The position numbers and the translations under genes are program-made. The notes below the pieces were generated by a model, which worked only from the letters and a program-made list of their open reading frames with translations, was not told the origin of the DNA and did not search any database. A stretch of 45,468 nt of DNA, from positions 1 to 45,468 of the forward strand of contig RBNJ01000061.1 of the NCBI GenBank assembly GCA_003990765.1, read 5' to 3'. Below are positions 12,061 through 24,112 of the stretch, in pieces. The DNA comes from Jimgerdemannia flammicorona. Its lineage: Eukaryota. Every line of letters starts with the position of its first letter. Positions within the stretch are counted from its first letter, which is position 1.

Positions 12061-13167
12061 CTATTTGACTATCTCTACAGGCTTTCTTTCTGCCGACTCA
12101 CTATTCGCCCTAAAACCCCCTCCTCCCTCGAATTGGAATCCCCATCGGGCCATCTCATTTCCAGCCTTATCCACCAAATGTTTCGGTATAACGACCTCGA
12201 CGAACCTGGTCGCTTGCCTCACCGTCTCTATCACAGACTTTATCTCAATCTTCGTGCACGTCTGCAGCGACAATTTCTCCAGGGCCGGCAACGCTCCAAG
12301 GCAATCTTCGCGGATGCGATACAATACACATCGGTAGAGCCTAGACATGCTGCTCGTCAGACGGAGACATTCGAGCCAGTGGAGACGCGTGAGTAGCTCG
12401 AAGCTGGGATGGGCCGCGTCGATGAAACGGCGCGAGGTCTCGAGCCTGATCGTGTGGAGAAGCGAGCGGGATTCGGACAGAGTACGGATAATCTCGCTGA
12501 AAATGCGGAACTCCATGTTGCGGAGAGCAACTCGAAAGTTGCGGAGCTCGTGTAAATTGGCAATTGCAAGGGCGAGGGCGGAGAGCGAAGCTCGAGTGCT
12601 CAAGTGGGCGTCGAGGTGGTTTAGGTCTAGCTCGTGTAGGGTCGAACACTGAGAAAGTGAGGAGAGTGCATTTTTATTCAAGGTGACGCGGTTGAGGATG
12701 AAAGAGACCAAGTGCGGCAATAAGCTCAGGCATGGGGCGGCTGTCCACATTGTAGCCTTGGCAGGCGGGGAGGATGCGTGGGAAGAGCTCTGCCGTGCGG
12801 TGAGAGAGTACAAGGTTGACTCCATGGTAGGTAGTGTGGCCAATGTTTAGGTGGAACTAGGTGAGAGCTTGAGAATGGTCTGGATGGCGCCGACGGTTTC
12901 ATCGATCGTAATGCGGTTAACGTTCCGAGAGAAGGTTGGCGATCTGGGGGATGTTACTGAGGTTGTAGAGTGGTTCGTTGAAAAGTGAGCGGAGGAGAGG
13001 GCGGTAGTCAACATATGGTCTAAAAGCGGGCGAGTCCCCTGGTACTAGAATTTGCAGACCAAGGAGCTGGGGAAAATGTCCCAGGGTAAGTTCTGGGGTG
13101 TAGGAGTCTGCGGAAGGAGATATTTGAAGATGACGCGCAGAACATCAGGGATAAGGTGGACGGCCAT
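12061..13167 (-). pseudogene. F-box / LRR pseudogene
   Basis: ATG at 13167 gives MAVHLIPDVLRVIFKYL...DIFPSSLVCKF*Y, an F-box with TAG at 13045-13047 where Trp is expected. A second stop lies at 12847-12849, with probable compensating frameshifts between. The C-terminal LRR-like part (CSTLHELDL, LHELRNF, LHTIRL, LPALEKLSLQTC) is ORF 12061-12843. Confidence 0.8.
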
Positions 13168-13489
13168 GGTTCAAAAATTCGATAGGTTCGCTGAGTAATG
13201 GAGATCGTCGTTTAGTAATGAAATAATGTGTTTGTAAATAAAAACATGTTGATCTGGTCAAGCACAAATCATAATTATGACGTAAACCCATTAATATTTA
13301 TATCCGGTTATTTTTTTCTTTTTAAAAAAACAGCCGAACATTAGAAAATAACTATGAAACTATGAACGACGCAGAATCAGAAATTATGTTGATGAGATAT
13401 GTCTGGATATCCTTACTTATAGAATATAACTTAGTTTTCGCCCGTTCGTCGAGACCCTGCTAATTCAAAATCTTTGTTCAACGGCGATG

Positions 13490-14026
13490 TCAATTCCATC
13501 CACTCACCCATACCCACCCCGACAAGCAAATCCTAGCATTCACCCCGCTTGTGGCCTTGAACTCCTGCGGGGAGCACCGCACGAGAGATCTAGAGTACCC
13601 TCCACCGCCCAAAAAGAATTGGTTGAGGTAGAACGGAACGACGGCATACTCAATCTCCTGTCCGTTGTTGAAGAGGTCAAAGTGTATGTTGTACTGGCCC
13701 GCAGTGACGTATACATTCGGGTCTAGGTAATAAAGGTAGCACCACTCGTTGGCGATTGATGGAAGCAGGGACAGGATGGTGGTTTGACTCGGGCCGGCGT
13801 CGGCGGTCGAGCTGGACACGGTGACGTTGAGGAGCATGCTCAGCGTCAACTGCTGCGGCATGTTTGCCAATGTTGACGCGGATATGGAGCGTAATGACGT
13901 CGCCACGATTGTAGACCGCGTGGAGGAGACGGACAAGATTGTTGCGTGGCTGAGGTTGAGGAAACATGCTAAAATAAAGATGGTGCAAATGTAAATATAT
14001 CGGGGGCGGCAAGGAGTCAAGCGCAT
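13490..14026 (-). CDS. Putative secreted protein of unknown function, 178 aa
   Basis: ORF with a signal-peptide-like N-terminus (IYICTIFILACFLNLSHA|T), a Ser/Thr-rich segment, then an aromatic-rich globular part. GC-rich, coding-like composition. No family recognised. Confidence 0.55.
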   Translation of the reverse strand: MRLTPCRPRYIYICTIFILACFLNLSHATILSVSSTRSTIVATSLRSISASTLANMPQQLTLSMLLNVTVSSSTADAGPSQTTILSLLPSIANEWCYLYYLDPNVYVTAGQYNIHFDLFNNGQEIEYAVVPFYLNQFFLGGGGYSRSLVRCSPQEFKATSGVNARICLSGWVWVSGWN

Positions 14027-14151
14027 TTTGGATAAATATTATTATGAAGAGTTTCTCCGACGATGAGATTGAAAACAAAATAAAAAACATTTGAGATTTA
14101 TGGCAACGCTGAGGGGAACCAGAGTTACGTTTACTGGTTGCGTATCACATA

Positions 14152-14958
14152 CAGCATGACGACATGCTATCAATGGGGTCGAAAGCCTTTCATGTCTGAA
14201 ATGCTGGCCACGCTATTCCAAATCTTTATTCGCCGAGTTTCATTGTCTCGTGAGCTCTTTGGTTTTAATTTTACACACCTCATGAGTCAAAGTGCATCTC
14301 ATGATACTTTCAACAGAGCTTTGTATTCAAAAAGTATGACTTTGTTGGACAAGGCGTCCGCCGAAAACCAACTTGTTTGATAACTTGTTTTTTTTTTTAA
14401 AAAAAAAAAAAAACCGGAATTCTGTAATTTATGGAGAATGCGGCGTTTTAAAGTGACTTATATGTAGCCCAAGATCACAAGGCAAAACCTGTCCTCTCCA
14501 TGAAACGGTCAACTGCCTGTGATAGAGTTTTGGGTCATCTGTCAAGGGGCTCTAACTTGTGCGAATTTAAGCGTCAGACTGTCATGCTCGTATGGGCCTG
14601 ATATCAATTGACGCTTTACCCCAACGATCACAAGGCAAACCCTGTCCTCTCCATGAAACGTTCAACTAGCTGTGATAGAGTTTTGGGTCATCTGTCAAGG
14701 GGCTCTGACTTGTGCCTCTATTTGAATGAAACTTGGCGAATTTAAGATCCAGACTGTCGTGCTCGTATGGGCCTGATATCAATTGACGCTTTACAGCAAA
14801 AAGATGCTCAAGCCAATTAAGGATACACCTAGTTTCTGAATCACATCACTCCGGCCATTCTACAATTTGTGTTTTGTACTCAACACGTCTTGCGCGATAA
14901 CTATGTAGATGTGCTGGGCCCAGAATGTATTGGGCGTTGGTGTTGGGTAGGTTAGATT
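14152..14958. repeat. Dispersed non-coding repeat, copy 2 (T11-A15 tract at 14388-14413; internal tandem duplication 14468-14619 / 14620-14794)
   Basis: Aligns with 2150-2875. The block CCCAA(C)GATCACAAGGCAAA...CAATTGACGCTTTAC occurs twice in tandem here and once in copy 1. Confidence 0.9.
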
Positions 14959-16360
14959 CGTCGCATTGCAGGTAAACCCATAATATCTACTTCTAGTTGG
15001 TTGGTTGGCATTAATATTCGCCTCGTAATTATGATTAGACCTTCCTCCTCATCTTTGAAACCCATACGTATTAGCCTTTTGGCGCGTCTTCCGGGCAACA
15101 GTAGGTTCCGCGACTCGGAGTGAATCTATCCCAATCCGTACACAATATTTTCATTCATCCCTTGATTTTTTTAGCTCAATGATACCAAACCCTCCGGGTG
15201 CAAACGAAATTCGGCGTCATGCAAAGGCATTGTTATGAAGAGGTAAGTGGCACCTAGTACGAGAACTTGGTGGTTTCCTTGTATTTTAGTGAATCGGCGT
15301 GCATGAGAAGCGATTCGTACTCAAGTATATACGTGGTTGATAATTGAACCCAACAAGGTATGAGTGAGGCCTAGCTCACAAACTTCCTTTTGCGTATGTC
15401 ATCAAGCGCACTGCATCTCAGGTGCTCTAACTACTTGAGCCACGTCGAAATATATCGTTATACTCGCCGAATCAGGGCATTGAGAACAAAATTGAATTGA
15501 GATAAGGTGAAAAAATATCCCACAACTGTTTGGCGCCTCGTTGTATTTGAATTTATAATCTGATCGAATGATAGAGAGAATAGAAGCTAGGTCGATATGT
15601 TTTGCCTCTCGTGTTCGGGACGACACGCGCAGCAAAGCATGACGCTTATTCGTACGGTGGTATGTCGGGTCCCATAAAGCTTAATATCAAACTGTAACCA
15701 AAATCCAGGCGGCAAGAAAAAGTCTCTAAAGGCGAGAAAATATGTATATACGGATACGTTTAAATGAAAGACGTGATATTGCGGTAACAGTCAGCTTTGT
15801 ATTTGCTCCACTTGCCGATGTGCCTCATCTTGAGGAAATTTGCGTATGATCAAATATTTGGACAGTTCATGAGTCGAAATACAAAGGTTCATAACACTTT
15901 TATATTAAGAGTGGAGTTGGGAGTCGGAAATGTTTGCATTAAATCTGATCACTCATATTAATATCCGATTCAAACGACTTTTTGCTTTCAACTATTTCGG
16001 TTTCGTGCATATAAGATTAAAAAAAAAAAAAAAAAAAAAAAAGAACCAACAGTAATTGCACGTCAAATAAAGAATATAGAGCAATTGTACAATTCGATCT
16101 GGTTGAACACATGTAAAATATAAACTAATCTTGGGACAAATGTCCAATTCTTTTATGGGTTTCTTATGCGCGCTGGAAAAGATAAGATATTACTTACTGT
16201 CCATTTGCAACGATATTAAAAGCACAAGGACTTTCAGCCCATCTTAATCAATGTGTCGGTGAATATGTCTGATTGTATCTCAAGTTATCTGTGATTCATC
16301 CCTTTTAATTTCATCTGCAATGTCTATGCAAAGGAAGTGTTCGTGGTGGTTTGGCATGTT

Positions 16361-16367
16361 TATAAAA
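16361..16367 (+). promoter_or_regulatory. TATA box of the cysteine-rich secreted protein gene
   Basis: TATAAAAG 60 nt upstream of ATG 16421. Confidence 0.55.
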
Positions 16368-16420
16368 GGCGTGCCCCGCGTGTGAAGGCGGAAGTCCAAT
16401 CACCTCCCTCAAACCCTGAA

Positions 16421-17278
16421 ATGAGAAACACCGCCGTCGGAATCTGCACTATTATCTTGTACTTATGTTTCGTCTCCTGTCTTGTGTTCGGCCAGTCTGC
16501 GTTCAAGCCAGAGGCGCTTGGTAGGTTCTTCTTGAACGCACCCTGAAATCGGTTTTGATGCCAGCGGTCATTCATTCTGATCTATAAAAATTCTGATGGA
16601 ACACAGCGAATACAGAGAACTCCAAGACGGCTTCCCGCAATCGTTATGAACGCGGTGTACCCATAGGTTCGAAGGCTCTCCATTGGTCAATTCTCAGTGC
16701 GCTACAACATACCAACTTGACGTGTACTTGCACATACCCCGTTTCATTTAGTGCCGACCCCGCTGCCAAAGTGTAATAAGCCGCGCCCCATTTGCCCGTT
16801 TTCCCTGTCGCTATGCCCGAAGAAATGTCCGGATGTTTGCTATCTGCGTGGTAATTTTTTATTTTATGTGTGGCGTGGGGCTATTGAAACAGCTTGTACA
16901 AACGGATTCATCTAACATCTGTTTTTCACTCTCTTTTCTAGTCGAGGATTCATGCTGCCCAGAGTAATGAACAAATTCTATTTCGTATGCTTTATTCTCG
17001 CGATTCGACAATCGCAAATACCAGTAACGCAGTAATTCGTTAACTTCGACGTCCGTCTTGACCCCCGTCAATCAACCATCTTCATAAAAATCACCACTCC
17101 CTTTTATCATTGCAGCATCGGCACCCCGTACTGCCCCGACTGCTCGAAACCTAGAGTGTGTCCTAAAGCCGGCGCCGTCTGTCCGCGCAAATGCAAGGGC
17201 AAATGCTTCTACAAGAGCAAGTTCCGATTCCCGTGCTGTCCTGGGTTCGGGTTAGGGACGTGCCTGGAGAATAGGTAG
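16421..17278 (+). CDS. Small secreted cysteine-rich protein (143-147 aa, 5 exons) with two tandem 8-Cys domains
   Basis: Exons are 16421-16520, 16607-16654 (or -16666), 16752-16850, 16942-16963 and 17116-17278. All introns are GT..AG, 85-152 nt, with consistent phases. Product: MRNTAVGICTIILYLCFVSCLVFGQSAFKPEALANTENSKTASRNRYER(GVPI)VPTPLPKCNKPRPICPFSLSLCPKKCPDVCYLRVEDSCCPDIGTPYCPDCSKPRVCPKAGAVCPRKCKGKCFYKSKFRFPCCPGFGLGTCLENR*. Confidence 0.88.
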
Positions 17279-17855
17279 TGAGGTGTTAAGTTAGAGCAAT
17301 TATCGTGAAGAAAATGTACATGTTGGATGCCCTGTACTAGAATTCGTGGCGTGATTGGATTGAAGATACTTAAATCCTATAAAATGTCAGTTAGTTTCTT
17401 GGCTCATCCACACGAACGTTTGTCGTTTGCATGCAATCTTCTAAAAATGAGATTGTGAGGAAAAAACATCGAAATAGTTACGCAAGAGAGCCTCAGGGCA
17501 TTTTATTTACGGCTCGAGAATCGGCAATCTCAGACGGACGTGTCGTTACCGTCATTTTATATTTCGACCATAGCATCACGTACGCCTACACATTTTGGCC
17601 GTGAAATTTTCACCCACGGCGAAGATCTCACTCTTGATGCGATAGTAGGAAAATGAGGAGAAGCCAGTTACATTGACTATGAGAGGGGGGTCATCATAAA
17701 TGCAAGGTCCCATATGTACCTAAGAAGTATAATACATACTGATATATGATTTTGGGTTGATGGTATTGAATATGATGTCTGGTACCAAATTTTGATACAA
17801 TGTGATGTATGATCTGGATTAGGCACAAATTGAGGAGATAGACATTTGATTGTAG

Positions 17856-19141
17856 TGTAATGTGCCAGTTCAATAGAGGCAAATTACAAGGTTGGGGGTT
17901 GATGTAGTTTGGCTTGAGCCCCCAGTTACTTTGTTAAAAAGCAACAAAATGTTCAATGATTTCTGGTATCCTTGTTAGTGTTTAGCAGTATAATAGTCAA
18001 GTCTAGATACAATGGTTGATTTTGGTGATTTCCTTATTGAGATGGTTCTTGGGAGTAGTGATGATTTCATATGACAGTCTCTGAGAGTTCCTTATATATG
18101 TGATTTCTGCATAATAATTATATGTAGCATAATGATCTCCAAAAGTAGATAATTTCTGCATGATGATCTCTATGAATAGATTTTCTTCTTAGGTAGTAGA
18201 TAATTTCTATATAATATAATGATTTTAGTGGCCATAACATGGATGATTTGGCAGTATTCCTTAATAAGTAGCAGACAACTTAGTTTGGTGTAGATTCTCC
18301 TGAATCAGCAGACTTTTTGAATAATTTAGATAATAGATAACTTGATAACTCAGATAGTAGATTCTTAAGCAAAGTTATATTAAAGACTGACTTTGTTTGT
18401 ACAGAGTTATGTCAAAGAACTGACTCTACTATAAAGTTGTATCAAAATAGACTAGTTTTGTGATAAGATTCCTATAGTGACTTTTCTGAAAATAGTAGAT
18501 AATGTGGATTCTTTCTAAATTGGTAGGCTTCTGAAATGATACAGATTCTCTTCTTGGTAAAGTTATATCAGAGACTGGCTTCATTTGTACAAAGTTACAT
18601 CAAGAGACTGGCTTCACTATAAAGTTGTATCAAATAGACTAGTTTTGTAGTAAGATAGATTTCTCTTAAAAATGACAGCTCTTTTTTTGAGCAGTAGATT
18701 TAGCTTTTCTTTAAGTGGTAGATTTCTTTTCAAGATAGTAAAGTTCTTTACTCAAACTTGGGTGGCAAATCTTCAAGCAATCTTTGTATTGAAAAGTAGA
18801 TCAGAGTGAGAAAAAGGAAGCTTTCTGTTTTTTTTTTTAATTTTCAGACTGAGGTTTATTTACTCTTATCTCTGAGGTATTTTATACAGATTGGTTACTA
18901 TCTGATTATTATATGGCTAACTATAGATTACTATATATAAGAAGAGGTGACCTTCATAGTCTCATAGTAACCTTTAAGATCTTAGAGTGATCTTCAAGAT
19001 CTTAGAATAACCTTCAAGATCTTAAAGGATTTATAATATTTTCTTTTTTACCTATCTGAGTTATTTATATAAGTTGGTATAGTAGAGCAATCCTGGTTGC
19101 CTGATATACTTAATATGATATTTTTCTACTGGCTTACTATA
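17856..19141 (-). repeat. 3' LTR of element A1
   Basis: Begins TGTAATG on the + strand, aligns with 24113-25411, and abuts the PPT-like tract. Contains 20-bp repeats (ACCTTCAAGATCTTAGAGTG-like) at ~18950-19025. Confidence 0.88.
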
Positions 19142-19961
19142 TCAGCCCCTACTAAAGAATGGTCTGTCTCCAGACTGTTCTTTAGTTATCATTTCATTAT
19201 TTATAGACATCTTTTTCTATAACTGAGTTGAGCTTTCTATAGTCTATACAGAGTCTCCATTCTCTTTTATTTAGTATAATAAGTATAGAGCTGACCCAGA
19301 GACTAGTAGAGGGTCAGATAACTTCATTGTCTAAGAGTTTTTAAATATATTCTTTTTTGAATATCTTTAAGTAATAGGATATTCTATAGATTTCTACTAG
19401 ATGGGTATTGTATTTCTTATATTTATACTATAATAATATAATAGATTATATAGCAGATTATTATAGTTGGTAGTAAAGATATCTTAATATTTGTAAAAGA
19501 GTTCTACTAGTTGTTACTATTACTGAAGTATCAATTCTTCTTCAATATTAGTAGAAGGCTTCTAGGTTACAGAGGAACCTTTTCTTTCTTCTAAAATCTT
19601 TTGCCATTTTTCAATAGATTTAACTTATTGACTTCTCTATAGATTCAGTTGAGATAGGACATCAGATGTCCTATAATAGTTCCTTTCAGTAAGATGATGC
19701 TTTTCTAGCTTTAGTTGATTACTCGGAAGTATACAGAATTCATCTTATTAAAGAATATATATTCTTTAATATTCAGATTCTTAATATCTTCATTGGGTTC
19801 AAAGAAGAGATTTCTTGGATCAGATGGTAAAATATTTCGAAAATAGTTTACTCTTCTGGTTCCAGAATAAGGTCCTTATATAGCTTGACTGATTGGTAAT
19901 ATATTTGCTGAGGAGCATTCTTCTTAAAGTAGTTAATCTGGAGGAGATGTACTTCTTTTCT

Positions 19962-20370
19962 GTCTGAGCTTTCAAATCCTTTGGTTTATCTTGCACCTTG
20001 GGTCAGCTTAGAGACCTCTTATAGCTGGGGAGTATCTCTCTGAAGATTGCTTGTATAATTTTTTATCTTCTATAGATTCAGTGCTATTTTATACTACTAT
20101 TATTCAAGATGACCATGATTTCACCTATGTATCCTGGGTCTATAATTCCTCCTTCTATAGTTATTTCTTGTCTGACAAGTTCAGACCTTGAGTTCAGCTA
20201 GATATAAGTTCCCTTAGATGACTATATAGCTAGTTCTATTTTAAGTATCATTGTTCTTTTAAGTTTAATAGATTTATTCTCTAAACTTTAAAGATTATAC
20301 TTTATATCTTTCTGATGAGCTTTGATCAGAGGTTTAGCCTTAAATATAGCAAGATATACTGGACAATATC
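19962..20370 (-). pseudogene. dUTPase domain of A1 (between protease and RT), decayed
   Basis: Reads AKPLIKAHQKD...LNSRSELVRQEITIEGGIIDPGYIGEIMVILNN...R*TKGFESSD, matching trimeric dUTPase motifs 2, 3 and 5. Confidence 0.85.
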
Positions 20371-23300
20371 TTTACTGAGTTCAGATTATCCTTAAACTGA
20401 GGCTTTATTAGAGATAAGTCTCTAGACTCTGAGATTGAGATATAGTTATCTGGCTTCAGTAGAGAGATCTTGGAGATAATTAATTCTTCTTTTTTTCTAT
20501 AGGATCTAGGACTTTCATGAAGTTGGTGGTATCCTCTATCTATCCTTAGTAGGTTATATGTCTAATGAGGGCTAGGATATCTTCTCTCAAATCATAGATC
20601 TTGAGCATCTTCTTTTTGATTTCTTGGCCTAATTTCTTCAGATCTGAGTTCTGTTGTCTCCTTTCTTTAATGTGTGAAAAATAATATCTTGGCTAAGATA
20701 AATCTTCTGATTTTGACAGTCTCAGCAGTCTGGATGTATTTTATAATTATAGTATTCCATTACTCAGAAATATAACTCTTAGTTATTGATCTCTTATTAT
20801 CTTTGAAATTAGTTTTCATCTCTATCATAAGTTGGAAAAAGAGTAGCTAAAAGCTGTACTTCTGTTCAGATAAAGTGGCCTGGTTTATTGGTACACTTTT
20901 TTAATATTGTAGTGATTTCTTAGAAGTTAATTATCTGAGTAATTGTAATTGGGGCCTCTGGCCTATAGGGTCTCTATCTTTTTTGTTAATCTAATAGATA
21001 GTACTGATAGCAGTAGTCTTGAGGAGAGTGAAAAACTATTTAGTACTGATATCTTTTTAGCTAAAAGTCTCTTTTCTGATATGTTTCTTATCTTGAGATA
21101 ATAGTGACTATACTTGGTCCTTCTTCAGTATTCCAAGAGCCATCATCTTCTAGTAGTATCTAATAAGAATTATCTTAGAGAATAAGTTCAGAGAGCTTCT
21201 CCTATTCAGAAACCTCTTGTTTAGAGGTTTTTTCTTTAGATGTTTCTTAATCCTAAATTGCTTGTACTTCTGCAACTTTGATCATAGGTGTCTTTGAAAT
21301 GTGTTTATATTTCTTCTTTCTTTTTCTATACTTAGAACAGACTATATCAATGAATTTCTTATTTCAATAATCTTGGAGAAGTATTTAGGATACTTGTATC
21401 TTTTGAGATAAGTGGGGCATTCTTTAATTTGTTCTACAATGGCTTCAATTATGATAGAGATGATATTTTTAGACCAAATATTGTCTTCTGGCCTATTGTC
21501 TACCAAGTTGATTTGAGAGTTAAGTCTGGGGTCATTTTCATCTTCATATTCTTCTTCTTCTATAGTGGATTCTTTACTACTAACATACTCTTTCTGGATA
21601 GTGATCTTTTTTTTTTCTTTAACTACTTATAGCTGGTCACCTTGATTCTATACTTCTTTCCTCTATAGTTGAATTTAAGCATCTATTGGCCAATATCAAT
21701 AACTGTATTCATTTTCTTCATCCAATTAATATTAAGAATTATGTCATAAATGATAGCTTTAGTGATAATAGCTTTTAGAATAGAAAACTGAATATATCTC
21801 AGAGAGATAGTGATGTTTTATACTTCTCCAAGAGGTTGAGTTTGGGCTCCATCTGTTACTATAATACTAAGGTTTAATGATCTATCAATAGGCTATTGGA
21901 GGGTGTCTAGAAATTATTTGGCAATAATACAGACAGCTGCTCCTATATTAATGAGAATTTTTGCCATTTGTTCTCTAATATCTCTATATAGATATGTGCT
22001 GATATATCTTTCTGCAGCCTGAATAGTAGTTAGGGCTAGTTCTTATTGGGGATTAGGACTCAGCCAGTACTGGATCTGATAGTTCTCAATAATTTATTCC
22101 AGACTCCAGTAGATATCAGTTGTAAAAACTACTAGAGAGAGACTTCTATCTTGGCTTCTTGAATCTTTTACCAGACTTCATTATAGATATCTCTGGACAT
22201 GGTCTTTGGGGTATACGTCTTCTTGGGCTTTAGAACAACAGACTCCTGTTCTTCTTACTCTATTTCTTTATCCTTTAAAGGTAGGTTTATTTATTTTGAG
22301 AACAAAAGGTAAGAAGGTATTTCCACTTGCTCTTTTTCATGTTCTTTGTCCTCTTTCTAGATAATTCTCCTACTGGTATTTCTGGATGATCTTTCTATGA
22401 GTCTCTTCCTTTTCTATACTAGATAAACTGTCTTTCTAATAATAACCTTGGCTTAAAATAGGTCTAGATCACTGTAATCTTCACTATTACTTTCTTCTTC
22501 AAAGTCTTCAACTGAGTGAGCTTCAGTCTTCTTATACTGGATTTTATTCTTTCAATTTAGTAGTTCTGAGTCTCTTTGGTCACCTTTTCTATTATTATAT
22601 TCTGTGATATAGTGTCCAAACTATCTATAGTAAAAGCATTGAACTTGAGCTCTATCTCAGACAGAATACTTTCTTTCTTCTTATAGCTGGTAGCTTCTAT
22701 TATTTCTGGATAGATAATCTTGATTTCTCATTAATATATATCCTCTGTTGTCATATGAGTAGTCCCAATTTTCTCATATAGTGAGTTTTTCAATTTGGCT
22801 AACCAATTGATCTAACTTGTAATTGAGATCTTAGATTTCATTTCTCTCATTCTTTTACTTCTTGGCTGGCTTTCCTTCTTCCAATTTTCCATGTTTTTAA
22901 AGGTGTTCTTGCAGAGTTTTGACCAAGATGTCTTCTTTATCATCCTTCTTGTCATAATTACTCTAGATAGTTTCTTGTCTGATATCAAAAAATCCTTAGG
23001 CTACATCAACTTGCTCTTTAGATCCTCTGATATCTAAAGTGCAGATATACTGGGTAATATTTGGAAGAATTCCATTCATAAAATTATTAGTCCTATGATG
23101 TCTTAGTTGGTGGTATTGAATCTGGCTATATATATTCTTTTTTAAATTCTGATAAAGAATATCCTAGATAATTCTCTGATATTCATATTTATTCCCATGA
23201 TTGATTCTTGAGCCTTGTGGTGGGATTTATTTTTTATATACTTCTCAATAAATTAGTGGATCATATATAGCTTCATATTCTGCTTTCTAGATTACTGTTA

Positions 23301-24112
23301 TATAGATGACTATTCTAAGGTCTGAATGTGCATCAATTCTTGCTTAGTTGAAAATTTCCCTAGCTGGTTCTCTGAGTTGGGCCTTATAAATGACAATTTT
23401 TCTTTCAGCAGAGAGATTCTTTAGAGCTGTAATTTCTTCCATTCTATTAAGGAATTCTCTTAAGTCTTTTTCTGGATATTCTGCAAAGGTTTGGCATTAG
23501 AGTAGCTATATTGTTATTACTGTTTTCTGATTCTAATTCTGGTTCTAATTCTGGTTCCAATTCTGGTTCTGATTCTGGTTCTGATTCTTCTTCTGAATTA
23601 TTACTAAAACTTGAGATACTTAAGTATCCTAAGAATGGTGTTGCTAGTCTTAAATGAGGTGTAATAGGTTTGGGTAATCTTGAAGAGGCTATTCTTAGTT
23701 CTTCTAGTTCTGTAATAGCTAGTTCTGATAGTGGTTTAATGAGAGAGACTGGTGGAACTTCTAAAGAAAATCAGGTCCATATATTGAGGTCTTTAAGTTT
23801 TTATATAAGTTTATTGAAGTTTCTAGTAAAGCTATCTATATTATCTGGTTTATCAGATTAATCTGGTGGTAAGTCTGTTGGTACTAACTGAGGATTCTAT
23901 ACTATACTAGCTTCTGTTTGAGATTCTTCTAATATAGGGTAGTTGGTAAGTCTTGAGATGATTATTTCTCTTTTTATTCAAATACTGGTAATAACTAGTT
24001 CTTCTATAATATTAGAGGTTGGTATTGTATCAAATATATCCTGTTTGACTTTAAGTTCTTATGAGTTAAAAAGTTATATAGATTTTAAAATCTTTCCAGT
24101 TGAGTCTCCAAA

